From Strigamia acuminata (Eukaryota): a stretch of 64,000 nt of DNA. Each line of letters starts with the position of its first letter. Positions within the stretch are counted from its first letter, which is position 1. The DNA lies in the NCBI GenBank assembly GCA_949358305.1, contig OX442314.1, positions 23,002,001 through 23,066,000 of the forward strand. The letters run 5' to 3'. This document shows, piece after piece, positions 37,601 through 50,970 of this stretch. A program made the position numbers and the translations under genes. The notes beneath the pieces were generated by a model, which was not told the origin of the DNA, searched no databases, and saw only the letters and a program-made list of their open reading frames with translations.

Positions 37601-40600
37601 TGGTTTTTCTTGTTTACTTGCATAATAATGCAAATTTGAATACATTTATTGAAGAAATTCAGTACTTTTGCAGTAGAAATTTAATTTTTGCCACAATGGC
37701 TGGCTTTATTTCAGCTGATTTGTTTTCATTTTAAAATGAAAACATTTAACTTAAGATGACTAAGATAAGTTGGATAGTACTAATTTGATGGCGCTCTACA
37801 ACTTTGTAATTGACTTTTTTTCTCTAACCTGATTGGTTTAGAAGTTAGCAAGTGAATGACCTTGAAAATGGCCTTCAAGGTCAAATTTGATGACATCATT
37901 GGATTGCTCTCACCCAACTTCCTTGACGATCGCTTCATCAAAGTTGGCCTAGATGCATTTGTTCAGGAAATATTTGAGGGGAACAGACTTTTGTTCCACC
38001 CTTTATATTATATCGGACTATCGGCATTATTTAAATTTAGAATATAATGTGTCGAGTGTAATGTGTCTTCCAAGTGGTTCGAAGTGATGAATATCGAATT
38101 GAATGGTTCAGTCATTAAATGGCAGCCATCAGGTAAGTTAAAAATTACACGAGTGTTTTATTTTAACATATTAAACATAGGGATTGCGACACGCGTAACG
38201 CATCACAAATTAACAGGTGAGAAGTGGGTGGAGTCAGAACACTTCATTGTGGTCACTAGGGGAGCCATTTTTTGTTTTTGACCATGTTATTGTACATTGA
38301 AAATACATTAAAAATGAGCTAATCAATTTGCATTTTGAAACTTGGTGTGAAATTGGTTTTATTTTATTCAAAAACCTGTTTAGATATTGGGCGTGCCTTT
38401 ACTCTTTGACATTTATATGCTGACAGCTGAGTTAAGATTCTCAGCAAAAATGTTTTGCTTGTAGCATTTCCCAATTGTTCATGGTACAATGTCATTTAAA
38501 AATTTTAAAGTGCACACTGGGTCCTGACGCGGGAGGGGGGTGTTGTTGTGAACAGTGCATTGTAATTTCTCGTAATAATGTCATCTGCAAGCAGCAGGCA
38601 GCATAGATGTTGCTGTTTGTATGTCTTGACTGTGCATGCTCACTTGTATTATCATCAGCAGCATCTGGCAGGGATTGCTGTAAAAATTGTAACAGCTCTT
38701 TTCCAAGGAGACTTACGAGGTGTGGAGTCTGTGGACAAATGTCACAGTCATTCATTCGTGCTGATTTTAAGGGTCAGAAATGGGAGGGTTAACTTGTGAT
38801 GTTTACACGCCATGAGTGGAGAGGGAAGAAAAATGGCTACTTCGGAACAGCTTGTTGTTACACATCAGTTAATTACCAATTAGCAATGGCTTATTCGAAG
38901 CCATCAGCAGAAAATGCGGGAATGAAAATAGAATAATTTGCACACTTGTTTTAGTTGATCATTGGATCAATTGTTTGGTTTTTACGACTGAATTAATAAC
39001 AGTTTTGATTGTAGGGATTGTGGATTTAAGGTTTTCTCCAATGTCTCTTTAAAGTCTCGTTCCATTCTTGGCAAGATGTGTGTTGACGAAGCAACTCTTG
39101 GATTGACATCAGTTGTTGAAAGAATCGACGAACTTTCAACTTCAAGTTGTCAGGGGGACATGTGGTTTAATTTAAGCTTTTATATTAACGCTTGAGTGAG
39201 TTAAACTTTCAATATGTAGAATTAATACGGTCAAATTGGAAATTAATGACTCAAGGTTTGCCCTTGATCACAGTTTATGACACATTTAAGTGCATCGGTG
39301 ATTTTAAATATAAAAAAAAAATAAAGAAGATTAAATTGGATAGAAATGGTTTATTTTCACGTGTTTTTGACGGCGAAATTACTCAAATACAATGGCATTA
39401 ATATTTCATTTTAATTTGTTTTGTAGTGTTTGTCGTTGGATGTCAATGACAATTTATTAATATTAATGCAATTGAAACTTAGGTAATGAAAGCAGCAGGC
39501 TTTATAAGTACATCTTGAACAAACAAATGGTGACATTTGTCACGGTTATTTATCTTAAAGTGCGGGAGCACTTTAAGACAAATTACATCGATACCATTTA
39601 GGAAATTATTTCACTCAAAGTTCGTTTCAAAAAATTGTTAAATCTATATTGAATTGCGGCGCCAATATTTCGTGTTGCCACTGGAGCTTGAAAGGACGCT
39701 GCTTTAACTAATTGAGTAAGGTAAAGCCACGCGTCATTGTGAGCTGGAGGCTTTTAAAAAATCGTGTTAATCAAATTAACAAATGCAGAATGAAATGCAA
39801 CATTCAAATGTGTGGAAAATCGAATGATGAGTTTAATTAGCTGCTTTAATAATAAATTAGCGCACAAATAAAATCTAATGTTTTGAATGTGCAATCGTGG
39901 TCGCATAAAATCCTCACGCATTTTGTGAACATTTTAGGCGACCACGATTGTACATCGTTGATTTTGGCTTATTTGGATTGGTCATTGTTTAATTACTTGC
40001 AGCAGTTTGAAAAGCTGGTGACTTCTTTACACAAGTGATGTGTGTATCGGAAGCACATTTAAGCTCGTTGCATTTGTATTTGTATGTTTTGACACTTAGC
40101 AATTAGGCCATGTAAGCCACGATGTGTGCAACGACTCTCTTGAGGATCTAACCTAGCATTTGTACCGAAGAGAACGGAGAAAAGCACAGAAAATCAAGTT
40201 ATAACCTAGAAACAGTACTTTAATGAGACGATGATGAGAAACAACTGAGATTCTCAGTCGGACACTCATTAAAGTACTGACTAGGCCTAATGCTGCTTGA
40301 CTTGTGTGTTCTAATGGAAACGGGTGACCAGCATGGTGAGCCGTTCCTGCCGTTCCTGCCCATTGTTGATATTGTGCTAAACACAAGAGTGCCAGAAGTT
40401 GGGGGTGCTAAATTGTGCGTGCTCTATTCTTCCTGGACTCAGCTGTAGGCGTACGCACTTAAATAGTTGCCACATACTGCGCGGCACTGCTCAGCTAAAA
40501 CTGCTAGTATGTAATAACATTCGCTACAAGGGCGCGACGGGTAGTCTAGTATTATTTATATCGTTTTATTTGAGAATTAAAACGCATACTACTGCGTATG

Positions 40601-40881
40601 AAGTATAAACATATACAATGAATAATTCACACAACATGAGAGTAGCACTACTTGTTAACACGAGATGATGTTTGTGAATATAAACTCAAAAAGTATGCCA
40701 TACATTATGTATGGCATACTTTTCAGTAGCCACATCAAAGCTTTAAAATTAATATTTTATTAAAATTTAATATTTTCAACAGTTTAAACTCACTTGAAAC
40801 GATTGTACACATACACTTTTTGACTTTAACATGGAAAACAGAAGAAAACACGTGAATCTCGTGTTTTCTCGCGTTTTCCCG

Positions 40882-41050
40882 AGTACCGCGACATGTACCA
40901 CAAATTCCGGTACCGGTACTGTACCGGTACTGTACCGGTACCGCGGTACCTTTTGCGGAAGCAGCAAGTACCGGGTACTTGTACCGCGGTACATTCAGCG
41001 CCGGCGCAAATATCGCGTACTTGTACCGCGTTACACGTTAGGTGTACCGC
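40882..41050. repeat. GTACCG / CGGTAC low-complexity palindromic repeat block
   Basis: Many GTACCG(G/C) and CGGTAC motifs. Confidence 0.8.
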
Positions 41051-43478
41051 GCCCAACACTGCATACATAGTACTTACATAGCTGCTGATTTGATCTGTGG
41101 ATTCTAAAAATCACGTGCAGATGAAACTCGTGTTGTTATCATCGTGCCACGAGAGTCAACACGGGAATTTACACGAGATTCTATTGTTGAATATCATAAA
41201 CATGGCCGTGCCACCCTTTATTCAATGAGTTTGAAATAATAGCGGAATAATTCTATAATTTTTCAACTTTTCCTTTATCTTTTTGTTTTATTTTTTGATT
41301 TTTTCTTTTTGTTATTACATTTTTTTTTTTTTAATATTTTTTTTTTTCTTATTTTTTTGGCAAGTAAAGAAAAGAGCAGAATTTTATTTCTCGAGAACAA
41401 TGATATGTGCATGGCAAATGTTCACAACTATTGTAGTTTGTCGAGAAAGAGAATCTAAAGCTGAATGAGGAATGTTTTAATGGCCGAATTTGAATTTAAT
41501 AAGAAAATTTGAACCAAAAAAAAAATATACATTTCACCGAGGAACATTTCAATCGCCCGGGAGTTAACAAATGTTGTAAAGTTAAAGTATCAAAAATCAA
41601 TTGAAAGCTTTTCAAGATATCACTTTGGGGATATTTTCTGGCCTCCTTTTAATTCACCAATTCTCCATGTATCAGATGACCGAGCAAAAGTGGTCACTTG
41701 ACTCGGCGACTCTTACTTACAAGTTAGCGCGTTACAAGTCAGCAGAATCAATGAGAAGAAAATGGACACTTGGTTTTGTTATCTTTTTTTCCGTGACCTA
41801 TCAATGTAAGTTGACGCCTCATTACCTGTCAGCTTTAATGATGCTAAGATTAGATTTCATGACGTCATTGCTTCATTAAACGGTGGATGAAAAATGAAGG
41901 TGAGTAACAAAAAGGTTGTTTAGGGTCAGATTCGAAAAGTGCAAAGAAATGTAAGCTGTCAGTAATAATTATCGTACACGCTCTTCTCGAATGTTGGAAA
42001 CCTAAAGCAGATGTAATTAGACTTGGGTTAAATAAATGCCTTTTGCAATGCGGTCGAGTCGAGGAAGATATTTGTTTAAGCTTGCTGATTTTTGGATTTT
42101 CTTTTTGTGTTTTTTGTCACTTTTCCCAGTGTTTTCATTTGAGTGCTCATTGCATTTTCCACGCATCTGTGATTTCTGCAAACAAGAGAGCAGTTTTTTT
42201 TTATTCGCATCTGTTTGTTTTAAGAATATATCTCAAGCGCAGCGCAATGTATTTTGATGCGGTGTATTATGACACGAAGGTAAACAAGATTTGGAAATCC
42301 AAGAGGATGTTCATTTTTCTGGATAGCGAGGGTTGGATGTTTTTTTTAATGTTTCAGGGAAATGTGGTTGCTATGACAAAAAGATTATGTTTTTAATGAA
42401 AACTATTTCATCAATTTTCGATGGCAAAACAACATTGCAATTCTTTTATGATGTTTTTCTTGATTAAAAGAAAATCAGGAGATCAAATTAAACGTAGAAA
42501 AATTTTTGCAATGATTATCGTGATGACAATAAGAGGTTTCATGTTATTCGAAGCGATTTTGTAGTTTTTAAAAAAGAGGGAAAACGCAAAAGGTAGTTTT
42601 TGAGACTTGTCAAATACAAAACAAAATGGCAGTCACCAAAGCTCGATATGCCAAAGTATTTTTGAATGCGTATTAGCCGGGTAAACCAAGAAACAACTCC
42701 AAAAGGTTCAGTAAAACTCGTAAGTGTGAAAATGTTGTTATTTGTCATTAATTTTAATTTGGTAATTAATTTTTTCCGTCACATTTTATGGTTGGTTGGG
42801 TCGTGCGACTATTTCCGGAATCTTTGAATCGAACAAGTGCAAAATCCTGCGATTGAATGTGACGGCATCAAAAATGATTGATTTTGTGATTAATACAAAA
42901 TCACAAAATCACAGATACGTCCATTTAATGGCCATAATGTTGTACATTTTTTTACCTTTCATTTATTGACCAAAAACTCACTCAATAGACTACTTGCTCC
43001 ATCTCATAATGAGAAATAGGTTGAAAGGGCTTGTGTAACGTTAAGCTAGAGGCGAAGGAATTACCTTAGTGATAGCAAGAATAGACGTCCAGAACTGAGG
43101 CTCGGAAAGGAAAGGGATTAACTAAGAAACGTATTATGTCACATCTTGGCATTGGACCAATCAATCTTTAGTGCGATGAACAACAGACAGATAAGAAAAA
43201 TAGATAAAAAAGAGCAACTGTTCTTTTTCTTTCCATTTCTTATTTATTTTTATTTTCTACAATGTTCGCTCGCTTGCAATTCTTCTTCTTTCACAGGTGG
43301 TTTCATGAAAACACGTTGCCACACATTAAAAGTAGGGCGCGCTATGCGCATTGGGTCCCAGGATCAATAGGATGCGCGCGCCGCCCGACGCGGCCCTCGT
43401 CGAGTCGGTGGGAGGCCGCAGTGGTGCGACTTGAGCCGCCGCCGTCGTCTGCTCATCTTCCGCGGAGACCGACCATCG

Positions 43479-43748
43479 ATGGAGCCTCGGGGCACGGCCT
43501 CCTCACTTCCCGACTGGACTAGGGGGTGGGCGAAGGCATTGCTGTTACTTGTGGCGCTTGGACCGAGCCTGGGAGACGCTCAAAAGAAGTCCGCGCACAT
43601 AGCGGGATTTTTCCCCCTAACCCCAGATCCCCAAGGAAGATTGGGACGCGGGGTGTTGCCGGCAGTTCATTTGGCACTCAAACACATAAATGATAACCCT
43701 AGGGTGCTCAAGGGGTATCATCTGGACATCATCTACAATGACACTAAG
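43479..43748 (+). CDS. GABBR2: GABA-B receptor subunit 2-like, copy B, first coding exon (90 aa)
   Basis: MEPRGTASSLPDWTRGWAKALLLLVALGPSLGDAQKKSAHIAGFFPLTPDPQGRLGRGVLPAVHLALKHINDNPRVLKGYHLDIIYNDTK. It has a signal peptide, an upstream in-frame TAG at 43368-43370, and a phase-0 donor AAG|GTAGGT at the same residue as in copy A. Confidence 0.9.
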
Positions 43749-45032
43749 GTAGGTCCGACGGGGTTATGACGTCTTTAGCGGGTGCGAGGTTCCTCGACTT
43801 TTCTTTTATGAACGGGCAACTGATTGCTTGTATATTGTTTTTATTCAGCTATAAACTGGTACCAACTGCGATTGTTACGACTTTATAGGGCTGCAAATTC
43901 CGGTTTTGGTGGGAACTAGAATGTAAAGAAAGTATTAGTGTACTATTGTGGATTCTGGTGCATTAGTTTGGATTTGGGAAGGACTTAGCTGGAATCTTGC
44001 AGAATCACGGTTTTGGCACGAATAACTTGTTATTTTTAATGTATTTTGGTGGGGTTAGGGTTACATTATTAGGACAAAACTATGTTTGTACGTGTGTTGG
44101 TGAAATCGTTGGGTTTTTAGTTGAAATTTTGCAAAAAAAATTGTAAAAATTAATTTTTTTCAGCTTTTAGAAGGATATTTGGGAAATTAAGTTATATCTA
44201 AAATTATCATTATATCTAAAATGTACAGATACTAGATTAAGATGTAAACGGGTCTTGAGAAATGCTTTGTTTTTAATACTGCGCATCTCATTGCGCATTG
44301 ATTGCTTCCCTCCCTAAAACACACATTCAAAAACGAAGCAAATAAAAACAGGTGAACACCAAACACACAAAAACGGATGAATCAAACGCACTTAAGCTTT
44401 ATAGTCTGAGAATCCATACGTATTCAGTACCAAATAAAAAATAATTGGATTTATCAAAACTTCAAAAAAAAAGAAATTCTATATCCCGTGTTATCATAAA
44501 TCTATTGTTGATATTCGAACTGATTCTACAGCCTTCAGCAATCAAATAACAATGCTAATTCATCAACAGCTGCTTATTTGTTTGTGTATATATATTAAAT
44601 ATTTTCTTAGGATAGCGAAATGAGTTCAGATTGCTCCGTGTACACTTTTTGCGTCTGTACATGGAAGATTTCCGCCATGAAAGTCAACAACTCCAGACTC
44701 CAGCTGGCGGCATGATTTCAATACGCATCCGATCGTACAGCACAAGCCAACCCTCTAGCAAAGATTACCAGTGTGTTTGCTTTAAAGTTGATTAAGCCCA
44801 AGTATGTAAATGAGGTGAGGAAAGCGATAGCTGGGTAGAACCAGTTGATTTTTCTTCACGCGACTTTGCTTGGAGTGGAGAGCTCTGGGTTAAGCCGTTC
44901 ATCTTTTGTCATCTGTTTTCTTCAATCTTGACACACTGAAAAAATACAAGACGAAGATGAAAATAAGACTCAGGGGTGTCCCCGCGAGATTGTGAGGTGT
45001 TGTTTGATAACGTTCAGTATATAAAAGTAGTA

Positions 45033-45187
45033 GGCGCATTTATAAACGCATGGGTAACATGTATTTAAACGTTGTGCGCATGAAACGGACTAGATCGGCC
45101 GCCATTTTTTGAATTTAGATCGAGACAAGCGGGTTAAATATGTTGTTTAGAAATGGTGTTTGGTCTAAATGACTTTATGAATGCGCC
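45033..45187. mobile_element. TA-flanked GGCGCA...TGCGCC MITE
   Basis: TA|GGCGCATTTATAAA ... TTTATGAATGCGCC|TA, with related copies at 8277 and 48510. Confidence 0.75.
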
Positions 45188-48100
45188 TATAGTGTTCTGA
45201 CTTGTAAATATAACAATTTGAGTGAAAAACTCGCCTAGGATCAATCTATAAACTGGCCGGAAGCCAAAATGCTGATGAGTTATGTCATGAAATTGTATAA
45301 CTGGCTGTCGGTAGGTGGCTGGTGGAGGGGGGAGTGAGCAGAGGCAAAGTGGAGGTGCAGGGGATGCGATGGGGGCTTCGAATGAGCTCGATACGCACGC
45401 GATGTAATGTTGTGGTCACGCCTGTGCGTGAATTCTTTTTTAATAAAATGGTTCAATCAAAAATTAAACTTAAAGGAATCATTATAGGGTTTGCAATTTG
45501 GACCTTTTTGTTAGGCGTGGTGGAATGGTTTGTGCGCTTGCGGTGTCCGTAATCTGTCAATCATTTTCGTGTTTCATAAACCGAACACGAGGACAACGAA
45601 TTTGTTGTTGTGTAGTTTCTATTGATTGCAACTCAGAATGAATTTTTTTGACATGAAAAATGTCATCCGCGTTATGTATGTTTGCTTTCTGTCCGTTATT
45701 CGTGCGTTGGCGTGACTTTTGATGTTCTTTTATGCAATGTTGGGAGATTAATTTATTAATTTTTAGGTTAAATTTAGTGGAATTTTGAATTTGTCGGAAT
45801 TGCACGTGCGAGTTTTAAGAGTTTTAATTACAAACTTGGAGTTGTTTTGCCAATTTTGCAACGTTGATCCCTTTTTTTTTAATGTTGTCAATTTATGCTT
45901 TTGCCTAGTCGGAATGACCTCATTATTATTAACAAGCTTTTTTTTTGTCAATACGTGTATGGGAAACAAGTTTTGAATTCGCTTTATTGTTCATTGATTG
46001 ATGAATATAAAAATATAATTTTTTTTATGAAATAATGACTACAATCAAACGCAGAACACGCGCTGTAACCGTGTAAAACAGTCTATCGAGTAATAAAATG
46101 CATATTACCGTAGTTTTATATTTTTTTAACATAAAAAATTCTTGTTATTTTAAAGATTAAAATTTTTAATCCCTTCTAGTTAAGATATTAAAAGGAAAGG
46201 AAATTACGCTTCGTAAATCAAAAGAATTCGGACGGCGAAAATGATAAAACGAGGAGTTTTGTTTCATTTAGTTAATTGGAATTTTGGTTTAGCGGTGTAT
46301 TCCTTTCCTTGTTAAAGGATTAATTTCAAGATGGATGAATTGTTCGGTGTTTGGCTTGCCTGCATAACCTCAAGGTGCGATTGGATGACTGCTTTCGCCA
46401 TATTTTTTTTTATAGTGTTGATAGGATTTCAAATGAATAGAAGAGGCGGTGAAAGGCGGGAGTGTACTTTGAAGGGATTTGTTGTATTGACGCTTTGCAA
46501 TTGATTGGATGGCAGCAAGCAAAAGGAGATTCGACTTTAATTACAAACTAAAGGCAAATGATTACATTGTACGTAATGAAGAAGGTTTTCTTAGTGGGTC
46601 TGTGAGTTTATTTATTGAAGAATTTGACACGTGAGATCTACTTGACAAATAGATTTTTGGATTTTGGATTTTTCTGTCATTGCTCTTTCTGTAAATTAAT
46701 ATTTTAATTTTTAATTTTTAATTTTTAATTTAGTAATTTTTAGTGTAATTTTTTAATGTTAAATTTTTTTAGCATTAATATTTAAAGATGTTTGGATTGC
46801 GATATGATTTATGAGTTTAAATTATGTTTTAATTGAGTTTTGTTTGGGGCTTAGGTTCAGACAGTCGTTTTTGAGAATAGATTTTAGCTTGCAGCTGGAA
46901 GAAGATGGCTTTATGGTTGAATTATGGTCAATGCACACCTGTTGGAACTGCAGCTACCTGTTTGCACCTGTGTGCAAGTATTCTTCGCTGTTTGTCCAAT
47001 CGATTTGACTCGTGCGCTTGACAAGGTTTAAGTTTTTTGATCTCCATTAACGAAATTTTTTTTTTTTTAAATGCAATTTTAATTATAATTCGAATGTTTT
47101 TTTAAGAATAAGATTATTTGTTTAATAAAAAAAAATTACTGATTGGTTTCTTGCGTGCGTATAAATTCAATTTGTTTCAAAACCAAACTAGATTATTTTA
47201 TTTTAATTTGTGACAATTTTTTGTCGAGTTTTATTTATTTTATTTTTATTGGTGGAGACGGATTGGAAGTATTGTCAGATTATTGACTGGGGTAGTTTGA
47301 CGGGATTGTAGTCTCTGTCCTTGGCAAGTTTATGATGTAATCTCAAGATGATGGTTTTCGCAGCTTCAGCATCACTTGAGTTTTTTTTTTTTTAGAATCA
47401 TTTGGAGTAGCGAAACAGCGAAAAAGAGTTCGATTGGAGTAACTGATAGGGGCTTTTAGAAGAACGGGTTTTTTTTTTTAAATATTTTTTAAAAATTAAA
47501 CTCATGAAGAAGCAATTACTTTTTTATTTGGCGGAAAGAACAACGATTTTTTGTGAACTGTGAAACCTGGAAGCGTGTTGCTTTTGTACGATATCTGCAA
47601 GCAATTTTCCAATAATCTTATAAATCCTAGTGTAAAATAACCTCGTACGAGTTTATATTTTTACTTTTAGCTTACTTTTATACGTGAGTTTAAAGTCTAC
47701 TCACTTTGTACAAAATTGCACGCTTACTCAGATGCATGCAAATTTCACCTAAGCTCAGCAAAACCGAATTTTCTGGAAGTTTTAAACACATCGTGTGTTG
47801 TGCGGCTTTAGTTGTTTCAATCTTTCGGAGAATTAAAAATATTATTCATTTTCAACGGCAGTTTTTGCGGATGGTGAAGATGAATTTCCACTGCTTTTAA
47901 TTAATTCCTTTGTAAATAAATAAATACTGTAGATCCTGGACACGTAATAAAGGTATATTTGGACTTTTAATTAGTTGGAAAACAATTTTTATTTTTTAAA
48001 TTGAAAAATTGAAAAATAAAAAAAAATAAATCATCACATTTGAAAATTGCAATTTCGTAGACGTTTTATTTAATCAGTTGTAAAACCAATACTGAATTAA

Positions 48101-48509
48101 ACATACACTGACAAGTGAGTTCTTCTTCAAGTGAAACTTTTACATTGCGAAGATGTGGACTGTATAGTAGCCATTTCTGTGCCCACTCTTTATTTCTCGC
48201 ATCGATGCATCTTATTGGCTGAATAATAGAAATCTTGAAGGTTTAATACGTGCACTGACAGAGTGATGGCTTTTTCAAACCATTTTATTTTAGGCCATTT
48301 AAGCTTTTAGATTTATATTACGAACTCAGTGGGGAAACTGCAATGGGAGCAAACACAAACCAAAAAGTAAATTTTAAATAGAAATTTAAAAAATAAAATT
48401 GTTTCAGTTTTGCTGATAAAAAAAAAAAAAAAAAAATTAAACTAAATGTAATTCGGCCGTTGAAACAACAGGGGGCATTAAATTTTTATTTTATTTTTAG
48501 CTTAAACTA

Positions 48510-48583
48510 GGCGCATTCTTACAGTCATTTAAACACGTTAAATATTCCACGTAGATTGCTCTAAATGACTTTACGAATGCGCC
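48510..48583. mobile_element. Short, internally deleted copy of the same MITE family
   Basis: TA|GGCGCATTCTTACAGTCATTTA ... TAAATGACTTTACGAATGCGCC|TA (about 22-bp imperfect TIR). Confidence 0.75.
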
Positions 48584-50970
48584 TAGTGTTCGCCAACTTT
48601 AGTGTAAATTTATCATGGCGAACCGCGATTAATGTCATATTTTTTCGGTGGGAGGACAACATTTCAGCATTCTTGTTTGTGCAATCTGGGAACTAATTTG
48701 CTGAGAAGAGTGGCAAGAATTTGACTTAGACGTCTAAGTACTTTAGGATATAGATTACCCGTTTGCGGCAAAACGATTTTTCACGAAAAACCACTTAAAG
48801 ATGCGTCACGCTCTAGATTACCTAATGCGTCTATTACAGAACATAGGCTTAATCCTTGGCTGGATTCACATAGAGAGGAAGAGAGAACTCGTGCAATATT
48901 TTTTTTTACAAAATGGCATTCTTCGCCACAAAAGAAACACGTTTTGATGCGATAGCGATTTTTATTTTTGATTGTCAACGCATTGGATTTAATCAAAAAG
49001 AGAAAAGTTTACATTTTTTTTATATACCCTGTATGTTTAATAATATTTTCTTTCTAGAAATGTCTCACACTTGAAAGAATAAAGTTTTTTTTTATACATT
49101 TATTTTTTTGTCTTTATTTTTTCAATTTCTCAAGTTGTTGTTATTATATTGTGAAGTACAAACAGTAAAGCCACATTTTTAATGGAACGTCAATACTAGA
49201 GTCTTGTTTGCAGTTTTCATCAGAGAACTTGAAGTTTATATAACCGGAAATTTGATTTTAATATTGGATCGTAATAATATTAAGGATTGAGGCTTAGTTT
49301 AGGGATTACATTTTCTAAATATTAAAGCTGAAGGGCACTTGTTGCCAATTAAAAGCCAGTTACAACAAAACTAAAATTAATAACGATAAAAATGTTAATT
49401 ATTTCTATAAAAAAATGAATTTTTATTTCTTCAAAAAACGTTTTCTGGTCTTGAGAGCGTAATTCGTGCACATGGGATGCAAAGGCGCAACTTAGTTGCT
49501 GTCTGTTGCAACACACAACAACACCAGATGTCTTTACACATTTTCCCAAGGGTTTTACATAATTAAAACTTTGCAAGTGTCATACTATTTCCTAGTTTCT
49601 ACATCGCTCGACAATATATCCACCGAACGGGCGTCTCAATCAACATCTCAAGGATGTCACACCGTATCTGGGACTTATGTGTTGAGGACCTGAAAACTCA
49701 CATGTCGTGTTTACACTACCACCAGGGCACGAGTCATTCCATGGAAAGAGTGTCTTTCTGTCCTAGTTCTTCCACTTCAACTCCACGTACCTACCCTGAG
49801 GTGGAAGCGCATTGAAGAAAACAAAGCCAATTGACGTGTCTGAAATAAACTTCATGTTATTAATAAAATCCCCCAAAAAAAGATGATTGGATATCTCTAG
49901 AGGGGGAAGAGAAAGAGGGGAGCGAGGGTTGTTTCTGTCCACTACTTGACGTCATTGTATTTGAAATTATTTATTAGGCAATTTTTTTTCCATCCTCTTT
50001 TTCTTTTGGAATGGAGCCATCTTTTTAAAAAGAAATGAGGCCTTTACTTGTTGTGATATTTTTGTCGTTTTTTTTATGATATAATGTAAATTATAAATTG
50101 ATGAAAAAATGGGGGGATTGCGAATGATTTATTAGAAAAGCGCCTTAAGCGTAGTTTTGCTAAATTAAATTCTCGGGATTTTTTGGGACTGTACTTTCTT
50201 TCCACTACACACGCGATTCTTTTTCAATACGAGATTTTTTTGTGTTGCAAATTTGATTTTTTTTTTTTTTTTTTTTTTAAAGACAACGTTTAAAGTTGGT
50301 TATGTGACGGATTTCCGATTGGTGTGACGTCTCGCTGATTGGTATATTCGTCCCATGATTGGTGTTTCGTCACTCCAATTGGGGATTTTCTCTTGGCGTA
50401 ACCAGAAGCGGATTTAAGAAAACCGATTTATTAATTTTGCAGTGGTTTTCATGTGGTGAGAGAAAAGTGTGACTCGGAAGTTCGTCAATGCGTGAATCTT
50501 CTTATTTTGAGCCTTTTTAAAACCGCAGTCATTTATGGTTAAAGTTGCAGAGCAAGTGCAAGTCAAATTGATATCTGTTTGCGTTTGCTGTACGGCAGTG
50601 AAGCATCTCTCTTTGATGTAGCTGTCTCCATTGGTGATACGTGAAATTTCAAAGTTTTTCAGCGCCCCGGCTGTGCGACATAACTATATAAGGGCAACAA
50701 CAAAGGGATAAAAAATGAAATTTGAGATAAAATAGAATTTTTTATCGGTTTGAGTTGGCGAGATTTTGTTATTAATGATGTGTTTGTCATGGGTCTAACG
50801 CCTCAGGAATTTATAAATGTGAAGATTAATTGGTTTCTTCATGTCTGCACTCGCCTTTACTTGCAGTCGCTAAGAAATTGTCGACAATGCTCAAATATAA
50901 GGGTAGATGTGGATACTGTTGATTCAATTTTATCTTATCAAGCCTAATAAAAGATATCTTCAAAGTCTAA

